NCBI GenBank assembly: GCA_964594885.1
Contig: CAZQOB010000016.1
Location: 8,456 to 72,455, forward strand
Source: an uncultured Acidobacteriaceae bacterium
GTDB lineage: Bacteria > Acidobacteriota > Terriglobia > Acidiferrales > UBA7541
Length of the DNA stretch: 64,000 nt
Reading direction: 5' to 3'
Shown: positions 45,397 through 55,042 of the stretch, piece after piece
Layout: every line of letters begins with the position of its first letter
Numbering within the stretch: the first letter of the stretch is position 1
Notes under the pieces: generated by a model
Databases searched by the model: none
The model's input: the letters and a program-made list of their open reading frames with translations, nothing else
What the model was told of the DNA's origin: nothing
Translations under genes and position numbers: made by a program

Positions 45397-46389
45397 ATGC
45401 TCCGGGCAAAAAGGGCACAGAAGCTATTCGTTGCGTTCGCCGTTGTCGCCGCCGCAGCGTGGTGTGCCGGATGCGCATTCGGCGCGACGTCAAACGGCTC
45501 TTTCGATAAGACTTACACCGTCTCGGGACCCATCCGCCTGGACATCTCCAATGCCAGCGGCTCGGTAACCATCACGGGCTCGTCCGGCAATACCGTTCAC
45601 GTACGTGGAGAAGTTCGCGCGCACAGCTTCTTGTTCAACGACCCCGATAAACAGGCCCGGGAAATTTCGGCGAATCCTCCAATCGAGCAAAAGCCGGACG
45701 TCATTCGGATCGGCAAGGACTTCCACAACTTCAACGGCGTCTCGATCGACTACGCGATCGAAATGCCCCATAACGTCGAAGTTGTCAGTTACATGGCTTC
45801 CGGTGCGCAGACCATCAGCGGCGTGCAAGGCCCGGTTAGGATCGATTCGGCCTCCGGCTCCATTGCCGTCAGCAGAATCGACAAGGGCGTGCAGGTTAAC
45901 TCAGCAAGCGGATCGATTACCGCGCAGGATTTGGGCGACGATCTGCGAGCCAACTCCGTTTCCGGGAGCATCACCGCCAAGAACATCAAGGGCGATGTGC
46001 GGGTGCATGTGATCGCTGGCACCGCTAACATCTCCGGGCCGGGCGCCCGAGTGGAAGCGGGTACGACCAGTGGCTCCGTGACCATCGTCGGCGCGGGCAA
46101 TGACGTGACGGCGAACTCAGTCTCTGGCCGGGTCAGCGTCCGGGGCAACCCTTCGGCCAACAGCTTCTGGAATTTGAAGACTACTTCCGGGAGTGTCGAA
46201 GTTGCTGTTCCACTCTCGGCCAATTTTCACCTCTCCGCGCAAGCCACTTCCGGCCACATCCAGGCCGGAATCCCCATCGTAATCGAAGACCAGGACAAGC
46301 ACAGCTTGCGCGCGCGAGTGGGCAACGCCGGCGGACGGGTCGAGATTCACACCGTTTCCGGCGGCATTAGAGTCGAGCCGGCTTCCTAA
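45397..46389 (+). CDS. DUF4097 beta-strand repeat exported protein
   Basis: Many SASGSI/TTSGSV repeats; signal peptide. Confidence 0.88.
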   Translation: MLRAKRAQKLFVAFAVVAAAAWCAGCAFGATSNGSFDKTYTVSGPIRLDISNASGSVTITGSSGNTVHVRGEVRAHSFLFNDPDKQAREISANPPIEQKPDVIRIGKDFHNFNGVSIDYAIEMPHNVEVVSYMASGAQTISGVQGPVRIDSASGSIAVSRIDKGVQVNSASGSITAQDLGDDLRANSVSGSITAKNIKGDVRVHVIAGTANISGPGARVEAGTTSGSVTIVGAGNDVTANSVSGRVSVRGNPSANSFWNLKTTSGSVEVAVPLSANFHLSAQATSGHIQAGIPIVIEDQDKHSLRARVGNAGGRVEIHTVSGGIRVEPAS

Positions 46390-46417
46390 ACCACTGGTTC
46401 GAGTTACAATTCAATGC

Positions 46418-47740
46418 ATGATCATCAAGGCGCTGGCGGCGATGGTCGGGTGCGCCTGTTCCGCATTCCTGTTTCCGCCCGCGCGCGGTTTCCCCGCCAA
46501 TACCCAGCAGCCTGTCTCGGAAAAGAAGAGCTCGCAAAAATCCAGCAACGCCAAGGAACCGTCTCCCGCGGAAGAGTTACAAAAAGCGATCAGCGATGCC
46601 GGGAACGACCGCGCAGCCCTGGTGAAAAACCTGCAGGGCTATCTGGAGAAATATCCATCGGCACCGGAGCGACCGCAAATCTACCGCGCGCTGGTCGAAG
46701 CCTGCCTGCAATTTCATGATGACCCGTGCGCGACCAACTACGCCGAGCGGATCGTCGCTTTGACTCCCGAAGACACCTCTATGACTTTGCTGACGATCGA
46801 GCTGCTCGAACGCAACGGCGATCGCGACGCGCTGCGCCGCGCCATTTCCTATGCCACCCGTGTATATGACGCCGTTCACGCCACGCCGATTTCCGAAAAG
46901 TCGAAGCGGGTATCAGTCGAAGAGTGGGCGGATCAGAAAGCTCGCGACGAATCTTCCGTGCTGAGCCTACGCGGCAAGCTGGAAGCCAGGCTGGACGACA
47001 ATACGGCCGCGCGGAAGGACTACGAAGCGAGTTACGCTTTGCGGCCAAACGCCAGCGCTGCGCTGAAACTCGGCGAACTCGACGAACTCGCGAAGAACTA
47101 CGATTCCGCCGCCGCAGACTATGCGCAGGCGCTTGCGCTCTCTGATACCGCGACCAAATCTTCCAGCCGCCGCGAGATCCGCCAAAAGCTCGGCAACGCA
47201 TGGCGCTTGGCCCACGGCAGCGACGCCGGGCTCGGGGATTTTCTTCTGAGAACTGTTGACGAGGTCACCGCCAACACAGCCCCTCCGCGCGAGCACCGTA
47301 ACGCAAACGTACAGGACCCCTTTGCCCTGATGTTACGCAAAGCGCCTGACGGCGCGGCGTTTCCGCTTGCAACGCAAAAGGGCAAAGTGCTGGTGATCAA
47401 CTTCTGGGCGACTTGGTGCGGGCCGTGCCACGCTCTTGAGCCAATCTACGAAAGGCTGGCAGGTCAATACGCCGGCGACAGCGGCCTTAGTTTTCTGTCG
47501 GCGAATTGTGATGAAGACGAAGCGCTCGTTGCTCCCTACCTTGCGGGTCGAAAACCACACTCCACGGAAGTTTTTTCCGACGGGCTCGACGAGTTTTTCG
47601 GAGTCGCCGCTTTCCCGACGCTGGTGATACTAGACCGCTCGGGGAGGGTCGTGTTTCGCCAGAACGGATTCGATCCGAGCACCGTTGAGCACGACTTGCA
47701 TGCCGCCATTCAAAAGGCAGCGAAGTCGCCCGAACCTTAG
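46418..47740 (+). CDS. TPR-containing TlpA-like thiol-disulfide oxidoreductase
   Basis: Helical TPR-like N-terminal region; GKVLVINFWATWCGPC; FPTLVILDRSG. Confidence 0.88.
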   Translation: MIIKALAAMVGCACSAFLFPPARGFPANTQQPVSEKKSSQKSSNAKEPSPAEELQKAISDAGNDRAALVKNLQGYLEKYPSAPERPQIYRALVEACLQFHDDPCATNYAERIVALTPEDTSMTLLTIELLERNGDRDALRRAISYATRVYDAVHATPISEKSKRVSVEEWADQKARDESSVLSLRGKLEARLDDNTAARKDYEASYALRPNASAALKLGELDELAKNYDSAAADYAQALALSDTATKSSSRREIRQKLGNAWRLAHGSDAGLGDFLLRTVDEVTANTAPPREHRNANVQDPFALMLRKAPDGAAFPLATQKGKVLVINFWATWCGPCHALEPIYERLAGQYAGDSGLSFLSANCDEDEALVAPYLAGRKPHSTEVFSDGLDEFFGVAAFPTLVILDRSGRVVFRQNGFDPSTVEHDLHAAIQKAAKSPEP

Positions 47741-47775
47741 AACAAGGGCGCGGCGCCCGTTTTGCCGGGCAAATC

Positions 47776-48699
47776 TCAGGCGCTGGCGGCAGACTCCCGC
47801 GCAACTTCCTGGCCCGCCACGATCGTATTGGCGTGGATGCGAATGGTATCTTCCACCCGACGTGCGTAGCCGCCCGCCAGCGTCGTTACAACAGGAATCC
47901 TGCGGGACCGAGCGATCTTGAACACACCTTTATCGCGGGCCTTCAACCCAGCCTTGGAGAGCCGCAGCCCGCCCAGCTGATCTTCACAAAATGGATCAGC
48001 TCCGCCGACATAAAACAGCATTTCGGGACCAAACTCTTGCACCGCCTTTTCCACCGCCGGCAAAAGGATTTCCAAGTACTCCTGGTCTTCGACACCGTCC
48101 TCCAGATCTAGATCCACATTCGACGGCGGCTTATGTGCCGGGTAGTTATTCAGCTGATGAATCGAAAGCGTAAAAACCGTTCCATCATCGCGGAAGATGT
48201 GCGCGGTCCCGTTGCCGTGATGCACATCGGTATCAACTACGATTGCTTTCTTGATGGCGCCATCCGCTTGCAGCCGACGAATGCCCACTGCAACATCATG
48301 AATCGCGCAAAAACCTTCTCCGTGGTTGGCGTAGGCGTGATGAAAACCGCCACTCAGATTACTGGCAAACCCGTCGCGCAGCGCAAGCTGCCCGGCAAGA
48401 ATCGTTCCTCCTGCGGCCAACCAGACTGCCTCGGCTAGTTCCGGCGAATAGGGAACTTCGAGCTTCATTATGTCGCTCGCTGTCAGCGAGCCATTCCTTA
48501 GCTTGCCGATCCATTCGGCCGTGTGCACCCGCAGCAGGTCGTCGTCGCTCGCGCGCTGAGGCCGCACGATATCATCAGTGTCCGCAATCCCTTCGCGTAA
48601 CAACAGCTCATACAGCAGCCGGAACTTCTGCGACGGAAAGACGTGCGCGCCAAGATTCAAGTCGTAGCCTGGGTGATAAATCAGCTTGAAAGGCAACAT
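47776..48699 (-). CDS. Histone deacetylase-family amidohydrolase
   Basis: GGFHHA..GEGFC, DTDVHHGNGT, GADP..DQLG, GGY. Confidence 0.93.
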   Translation of the reverse strand: MLPFKLIYHPGYDLNLGAHVFPSQKFRLLYELLLREGIADTDDIVRPQRASDDDLLRVHTAEWIGKLRNGSLTASDIMKLEVPYSPELAEAVWLAAGGTILAGQLALRDGFASNLSGGFHHAYANHGEGFCAIHDVAVGIRRLQADGAIKKAIVVDTDVHHGNGTAHIFRDDGTVFTLSIHQLNNYPAHKPPSNVDLDLEDGVEDQEYLEILLPAVEKAVQEFGPEMLFYVGGADPFCEDQLGGLRLSKAGLKARDKGVFKIARSRRIPVVTTLAGGYARRVEDTIRIHANTIVAGQEVARESAASA

Positions 48700-48760
48700 G
48701 GGAGCGGCGAAGCTTTACTTGCGGGCCTGCGCAACTTCTGCGGCGAGACCCAATCTTTTG

Positions 48761-49780
48761 CTAGTTTTCGCGTTCCAGAATAAAGTCCGGCAGCGTCAAG
48801 AGCGCCCGCGCATATTCTGAATCCGCCGTCCCGCGAATGCACGCCTTCGCCTTACCTGCGTACTTGTGCGCCAAACTGCGCGCGCGATCCAGCGCACCCG
48901 AATCGTGCACCAGCGAAACGATCGTCTCCGGCTTCACGCTAACGAAGTCCTTTTCTTGCAACACTCGCGCCACCAACTCGCGCGCCTCACGGTGCCCGTT
49001 CTCCATCGCATAAATAAGCGGAAGTGTGACCTTGCCTTCCTTCAAGTCACTCAGCACTGGCTTCCCCAGCTGTTCTGCGGAGGCCGTAAAATCCAGCAAA
49101 TCATCCACCATCTGAAAGGCCAAGCCGGAATAGCGCCCATAATCCGCCAGTGCCTCCTCCTCCGCGCCGCTCAGCCCGCCCAGCACAGCGCCAAGCCGCG
49201 CGCAGCCGCTGAACAAACAGGCCGTCTTGTAAGTTGCCAGTTTCAGGGCATCGTCCTCATTGACATCAATTCGGCCAATCTTCGCCAGTTGAATGAGCTC
49301 GCCTTCCACCATCTTCTGCGTCAGGTCGATCAAGACATCGAGAATCCTAAAATTCCTTTCCTGCAACGCCATTTGGAACGACTGCATGTAGAGCCAGTCG
49401 CCGGCCAGGACGCTACGGTGATTCCCCCAGCGGGTATTAGCGGAGGGACGTCCGCGGCGGGTTTCCGCGTTATCAATAACGTCGTCGTGAATCAGCGTTG
49501 CGCTATGCAGCAGCTCCACGACCGCTGCCAGGCGAACGGCGCTCGGCCGGTTTTTCCCAGCATAGGCATTGGTCAGCAGCAGTAGCGCCGGCCGCAGACG
49601 TTTGCCGCCGCCGCCCAGCAGGTAGCTGGTAATTTCTCCCACTGGCTGGTACGCGGCAGCACTTTGCCGCGAAAGTTCTTGCTCGACCAGAACCAGATCG
49701 TCGCGTACCAGATCAAATATCTCTTTAACCGTCAGAAGCGCGATGGCACTTCTCCCTGCGCCGGTGACCCGTTCCGGCAA
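48761..49780 (-). CDS. Polyprenyl diphosphate synthase (IspB-like)
   Basis: GGKRLRP, HDDVID..RRG, KTA, FQMVDDLLD, DLKEGKVTLP. Confidence 0.93.
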   Translation of the reverse strand: MPERVTGAGRSAIALLTVKEIFDLVRDDLVLVEQELSRQSAAAYQPVGEITSYLLGGGGKRLRPALLLLTNAYAGKNRPSAVRLAAVVELLHSATLIHDDVIDNAETRRGRPSANTRWGNHRSVLAGDWLYMQSFQMALQERNFRILDVLIDLTQKMVEGELIQLAKIGRIDVNEDDALKLATYKTACLFSGCARLGAVLGGLSGAEEEALADYGRYSGLAFQMVDDLLDFTASAEQLGKPVLSDLKEGKVTLPLIYAMENGHREARELVARVLQEKDFVSVKPETIVSLVHDSGALDRARSLAHKYAGKAKACIRGTADSEYARALLTLPDFILEREN

Positions 49781-49805
49781 ATGCCTGCCCGTGGGACTTC
49801 CCGCC

Positions 49806-50600
49806 CTAGGACACCTCAGGCCGAGCGATGCGGAAGCATCGCCGAAAATTTTCCGCGGTCGCGGCGGCGGCTTCTTCAGGTGCTAAGTTTCTCACAGCTG
49901 CGAGGGTTTTTGCCACTTCCGCCACATAAGCGGGCTCGTTGCGCTTGCCTCGATAAGCCTGTGGTGCAAGATAGGGAGCGTCCGTTTCAATCAAAATGCT
50001 CTCGAGCGGCAGAGCTTTCGCTATGTCGCGAAGATTCTGGGCCTTCGGATAGGTCGAATTTCCCGCAAAGGAAACCAGGAAGCCCATTTCGATTCCGCGT
50101 TTCGCCTGATCCAGGGCGCCGGTAAAGCAGTGTAGAATTCCAGCGAGTCCCGAGGACGCCCATTCACGTTCCAGTTGTGAAAGGCAATCGTCCCACGCAT
50201 CGCGGCAGTGAATAATGATCGGCAGCCTGGCCTTGCGCGCCAGGTCCATCTGCTGACTGAACACTTTGGCCTGCACGTCGCGCGGCGAGTGGTCGTAGAA
50301 GTAGTCGAGCCCGATTTCTCCCCACGCTATCACCTTGGGATGGGCTGCCAGCCGCGCCAACCGATCGAGGTGCGACTGCGTCACTTCCTTAGCTTCGTGC
50401 GGATGAATGCCAACGCTGGTGTAGATCCAGTCGTACTGTTCGGCAAACGGAATAGCAGCGTCGAGCTTTTCCGGCCCCGGGCCGGTTCCGATGGCCAGCA
50501 GAGTCTGCACTCCGGCGTCACGCGCGCGCTGCAGCATGGCGTCGCGATCCTGGTCAAATTGCGGAAAATCGATGTGTGCGTGCGAGTCGATCAGTTTCAT
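49806..50600 (-). CDS. tatD: TatD-family hydrolase
   Basis: IDSHAH, GIHPH, GEIGLDY, HCF, ETDAPYLAP. Confidence 0.94.
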   Translation of the reverse strand: MKLIDSHAHIDFPQFDQDRDAMLQRARDAGVQTLLAIGTGPGPEKLDAAIPFAEQYDWIYTSVGIHPHEAKEVTQSHLDRLARLAAHPKVIAWGEIGLDYFYDHSPRDVQAKVFSQQMDLARKARLPIIIHCRDAWDDCLSQLEREWASSGLAGILHCFTGALDQAKRGIEMGFLVSFAGNSTYPKAQNLRDIAKALPLESILIETDAPYLAPQAYRGKRNEPAYVAEVAKTLAAVRNLAPEEAAAATAENFRRCFRIARPEVS

Positions 50601-50629
50601 GGATTGCGGCGGCCACTGGATCAGGGAAA

Positions 50630-52612
50630 CTACTTCAGCCGGGAGCCGATTTCGACGTCTTCGTGGAATCCTGCCAACACCGGACGACCTTCCGGCCCGA
50701 CCGAGGCCGCGATGATCATTCCGTTCGACTCCACACCCCGCAATTTACGAGGAGCCAGATTCGTGACCACCGCCACTTTCCGCCCAATCAGCGTCTCCGG
50801 CGCGTAGTACTGCGCAATTCCCGCGCAGACCTGGCGAATCTCTGTGCCGATATCCACCGTGAGCTTCAGCAGTTTGTCCGCACCGACAATCCGCTCGGCA
50901 GTTTTGATCTGCCCAACGCGCATCTCGACTTTCGCAAAATCCTCGATGGCGATTTTCTCCGTCGCCGCTGGAGCTGAGGCGACCGCCGCCCCGCCCGAAG
51001 TTGCCGTAGCACTCGCCGCCGGGGCCGGACCCGGCGCCGGATTCAGTTCTTCGTTGGTCATGGATTCCATCCTTTCAATCGCTTCATTCTTTTCAACCCG
51101 CGGGAAGAGCGTTTGCGCCACCCCCAGTTGCACGCCGGTCTTCAATTGCCCCCAGCGCAGCCCGTCGAGCTCGATATCGCTCACTTTGCCGGGCTGCCCG
51201 AGCAACGTCCAGATTTTTGCGGTACTATCCGGCAACACTGGATGCGCCAGCACGGTGACGATTCGCAATAGCTCAGCAGTCGTCGCCAATACATTGGTCT
51301 TGCGCTGTACATCGTCTTCCGAATCGCCCAGCGACCACGGCTTTTCCGTCGTCAGATATTTGTCCGCCGCTGCGATGATCGCCCAGATGCCCTCCAGCGC
51401 CCTTGCAAAACTGAGCGCTTCGAAGTGCTCCAGCACGTCCCCGATGGCCGACTGCGTTTCCTTTGCCAGGGCTTCGTCCTGCGGCTGCAACTTCCCGGCC
51501 TTTGGAATTCTGCCGACAAAATTCTTTTCGATCATGGCCGCCGTGCGGCTCGCCAGATTGCCCAACCCGTTCGCCAAATCGCTGTTGTACCGCGTAACGA
51601 GTGCTTCGTAACTGAAATTGCCATCCTGGCCGAACACCACTTCGCGCAGCAGGAAATAGCGCAGCGCGTCCGCGCCGAGCATGTTGGCAATCGGCCGCGG
51701 CAGGACGACCTGGCCCTTGGACTTGCTCATCTTTTTGTCGTCCATCAGGAACCAGCCGTGTGCCCACACCTGCTTCGGCAGCGGCACCATCGCCGCCATT
51801 AGAAACGCGGGCCAGTACACGGTGTGGAACCGGATGATGTCCTTGCCGACCAAATGCAGATCGCATGGCCAGAAGCCGCGCTTTTCGTGCTCCGGGCCGC
51901 CCACCGCCGTCAGATACGCCGTTAGGGCGTCAAACCATACATAAAACACGTGCGGTTCTTCGCTGGGCACCGGAATGCCCCAGCGAACCGTGGTGCGTGT
52001 AATGCTTAAGTCCTTCAAACCGCCTTCCACAAACGAAAGGATCTCGTTGCGGCGTGTCTCCGGCTGAATAAAATCCGGATTCTTGCGATAAAAATCCATC
52101 AGCGGCTTCTGAAAGGCGGACAGTTTGAAGAAATAGTTTTCTTCCGTGAGCATCTCCAGCGGCCGGTCACAATCGGGGCAAAGATTCCCGGGCTTTGGCT
52201 CATTCACGAATAAGTTGTCGTAGATGCAGTACAGGCCGGTGTAGTGGCCCTTATAGACGTAGCCATTCTCTTTGCACTGTTTGAACAGCCACTGCACCGT
52301 GCGCACGTGACGTAGGTCTGTCGTACGGACGAACTCTTCCGCGGACAAGCCGAGCTCGTCCCATAGCGCGCGCCAGGCATCGGCCATTCTCGCAACGAAC
52401 TCGGACTCCGCAATGCCGGCATTCCTCGCCGCGCGCTCCACGTTCACGCCATGCTCGTCGGTACCGGTGGTCATCAGCACTTCGTAGCCGCGCATGCGCT
52501 TGAATCTTCGAATCACGTCCGCCACTACCGTGGTGTAGGTGTGGCCGATATGCGGCAGGCCGTTGGTGTAATAGATCGGCGTGGTCAGATAAAATTTGGG
52601 TTTTCCAGACAT
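50630..52612 (-). CDS. metG: Methionyl-tRNA synthetase
   Basis: TTPIYY...HIGH, GTDEHG, YVWFDAL, KMSKS, C-terminal tRNA-binding OB fold. Confidence 0.98.
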   Translation of the reverse strand: MSGKPKFYLTTPIYYTNGLPHIGHTYTTVVADVIRRFKRMRGYEVLMTTGTDEHGVNVERAARNAGIAESEFVARMADAWRALWDELGLSAEEFVRTTDLRHVRTVQWLFKQCKENGYVYKGHYTGLYCIYDNLFVNEPKPGNLCPDCDRPLEMLTEENYFFKLSAFQKPLMDFYRKNPDFIQPETRRNEILSFVEGGLKDLSITRTTVRWGIPVPSEEPHVFYVWFDALTAYLTAVGGPEHEKRGFWPCDLHLVGKDIIRFHTVYWPAFLMAAMVPLPKQVWAHGWFLMDDKKMSKSKGQVVLPRPIANMLGADALRYFLLREVVFGQDGNFSYEALVTRYNSDLANGLGNLASRTAAMIEKNFVGRIPKAGKLQPQDEALAKETQSAIGDVLEHFEALSFARALEGIWAIIAAADKYLTTEKPWSLGDSEDDVQRKTNVLATTAELLRIVTVLAHPVLPDSTAKIWTLLGQPGKVSDIELDGLRWGQLKTGVQLGVAQTLFPRVEKNEAIERMESMTNEELNPAPGPAPAASATATSGGAAVASAPAATEKIAIEDFAKVEMRVGQIKTAERIVGADKLLKLTVDIGTEIRQVCAGIAQYYAPETLIGRKVAVVTNLAPRKLRGVESNGMIIAASVGPEGRPVLAGFHEDVEIGSRLK

Positions 52613-52748
52613 CGAAAAGTTCTCGGTTATAAGTTATCAGCTTTCAGCGAAAACACAGAATCGAGCGCAGACTCTAGGGCCTCGATTGATCTGCTCAAGG
52701 GCGCAGCGGCGAGCTCGTGGCGCCCGGAACTTCCGGCAGTTGGGGCCG

Positions 52749-53924
52749 CTACATCCGCTCGAAGTTACGTTTCGCCTCTTCCATTACCTGGTGCAATGGC
52801 ACGCGCTTCTCTTCCGCCAGCTTCTTGCAATCTTCAAACTCCGGCGCGGCGTGGCGGATTTTGCCATTCAGCCGCGCCACCTTCATTCGCACATCGCCGT
52901 ACTGTGTTCGCACGGTCATGAATTCCCGTGGAAGCGCCCGCCGTTGCGCCCTATACGAGCGCGCTCCGAACGTCGTGGTCTCTGCAAAAATCAACGCCAT
53001 CAACGCTCGCTCATCCTGCGGTTTGCACAGCAGCGTCAACAAAGTCCCCGGTCGGTTCTTCTTCATCTGCACCGGTGTCGTGTAAACGTCCAGCGCGCCG
53101 GCCGCCAGCGCCTTCTCTGAGAAATAGCCGTAGATTTGCGGGTTCATGTCGTCCAGATTAGCTTCAATTACCGAAATCTCTTCGGCAAATCCAGCGATCG
53201 TCTTTTCCGCGGTCTCGCCAATCATGATCCTCACCACATTCGGCTGCTCTTCCAGGTCCGCCGTTCCGGCGCCGTAGCCGATTGCGCTGACGCTCATCGC
53301 CGGCTGCGGGCCAAACTGCTCGCACAACGTGGCCACAATCGCCGCTCCTGTCGGTGTCACCAATTCCTTCGGCACACCATTCGAATAAGTGGGTCGCCCT
53401 TGCAGCAACCTCGCCGTCGCGGGTGCGGGTACCGGCAACACACCGTGCGCCATCTTCACCGTTCCGCCACCCACATTCAGCGCTGAGCAGGCAAACTTCT
53501 CGATCCCAAGCGCCTCAAACCCTACACACGCTCCGACAATATCCACTATCGCGTCCAAGGCTCCCACTTCGTGAAAGTGAATTTTCTCGATAGGAACATC
53601 GTGTACGGTCGCCTCGGCCTCACCCAGTTTGCGGAAAATCGCGCTGCTATTTTCCTTGGCAGCCCTTGACAGGTTCGATTTCTCCAGAATCGCCAGAATT
53701 GCTGACAGGGTCCGGTGCTTGGTTTGCTCCTCGGTCGTGATTCTGGCGTAGGTCGCCGCCATCCCGTTCTTCCACACTTTGTCGGCCGAAATCGTCCAGC
53801 CCGGCACCTGCAATCCTTGCAAGCCGGTACGCAGTGCCTCGAGCGGACACCCTGCGTCCAGCACTGCCCCAAGTGCCATGTCGCCGCTGATCCCGCTGAA
53901 ACAATCAAAATAGGCCAGTTTCAT
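52749..53924 (-). CDS. larC: Nickel insertion protein LarC
   Basis: YFDCFSGISGDM, HFHEVGALD, HGVLPVPAPAT, TPTGAA, EANLDD, MKKNRPG. Confidence 0.95.
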   Translation of the reverse strand: MKLAYFDCFSGISGDMALGAVLDAGCPLEALRTGLQGLQVPGWTISADKVWKNGMAATYARITTEEQTKHRTLSAILAILEKSNLSRAAKENSSAIFRKLGEAEATVHDVPIEKIHFHEVGALDAIVDIVGACVGFEALGIEKFACSALNVGGGTVKMAHGVLPVPAPATARLLQGRPTYSNGVPKELVTPTGAAIVATLCEQFGPQPAMSVSAIGYGAGTADLEEQPNVVRIMIGETAEKTIAGFAEEISVIEANLDDMNPQIYGYFSEKALAAGALDVYTTPVQMKKNRPGTLLTLLCKPQDERALMALIFAETTTFGARSYRAQRRALPREFMTVRTQYGDVRMKVARLNGKIRHAAPEFEDCKKLAEEKRVPLHQVMEEAKRNFERM

Positions 53925-54045
53925 CGCGCAAAGGCTTTCTCATTCCGATACTATCGGCGACGGAAAAGGCTGTCAAACTTGCGACAATCTCATCCCGCGT
54001 TCGCTGTCACTCGCTCGTTGTATGATTCTGGCCCCGGAGGATGCA

Positions 54046-54987
54046 ATGGTTACGCACCCAAGTCTCCGCTTCAGCTCGATCCGTGCCCGCTTGCTTTGGA
54101 TCGTTGTCGTTGCAGTTTGCAGTGGACTGATCGCACGCTCGCCCGCACTCGCGCAAACCGAAGTGCTGCGCATCATTGCTTTCGGCGCGCACCCAGACGA
54201 CTGCGACCTTGGAGCCGGAGGACTGGCGGCTAAGTACGCCGCGCACGGCGACAAGGTCAAGTTCGTGTCCATCACCAACGGCGACGCTGGACACCAGACT
54301 CTGCATGGAGAAGAGCTCGCCAAACGCCGCCGGGCCGAAGCGCTGGAAGCCGCGCGGCGAATCGGCATCGAATATGAAGTGCTGGACAACCACGATGGCA
54401 GACTGTTGCCGTCTCTGGAAGTCCGTGATCAGGTCATCCGCGAAATTCGCCGATGGAAAGCGGACATCGTAATCGCACCTCGGCCGAACGACTATCATCC
54501 GGATCACCGATATACAGGCGTTCTGGTGCAGGATGCGTCGTACATGGTAATCGTTCCGAGCCTGGTGTCGGATGCTCCGCCTCTAGGGCGGAACCCAGTG
54601 TTCCTGTATTACAGTGACCGGTTCACGCGGCCGCAGCGGTTTCGGCCCGACATTGTGATTGCCATTGACGATGTGTTCGATAAGAAGATCAACATGCTGG
54701 ACGCGCACGTCTCGCAATTCTACGAATGGTTGCCTTGGACCGCCGGACAATTGGAGCAAGTGCCCAAAGATCTCGTCGAGCGCAAAAAATGGCTTACGAC
54801 GCAAGCCCTGGCGGCCAGAGAGTTGCAACCGGAGTGGCGCGAAGCGCTAGGCAAACGCTATGGCGTGCAAGCCGCTAAGGTTCAACACGCTGAGGCCTTC
54901 GAAATCACCGAATACGGCCGCCAGCCCAGCGAAGAAGAGATCCGCAAGCTCTTCCCATTCATTCCGGAAGGCGCTTCCAAGCCCTGA
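54046..54987 (+). CDS. Exported PIG-L/LmbE-family deacetylase
   Basis: GGAGG RBS, signal peptide, GAHPDD, TNGDAG, DYHPDH. Confidence 0.9.
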   Translation: MVTHPSLRFSSIRARLLWIVVVAVCSGLIARSPALAQTEVLRIIAFGAHPDDCDLGAGGLAAKYAAHGDKVKFVSITNGDAGHQTLHGEELAKRRRAEALEAARRIGIEYEVLDNHDGRLLPSLEVRDQVIREIRRWKADIVIAPRPNDYHPDHRYTGVLVQDASYMVIVPSLVSDAPPLGRNPVFLYYSDRFTRPQRFRPDIVIAIDDVFDKKINMLDAHVSQFYEWLPWTAGQLEQVPKDLVERKKWLTTQALAARELQPEWREALGKRYGVQAAKVQHAEAFEITEYGRQPSEEEIRKLFPFIPEGASKP

Positions 54988-55042
54988 TTTGCGGGCTTCC
55001 TGACGTATACTGAAGAATTCTTCGGCAGTGAATTGAGGCGAC

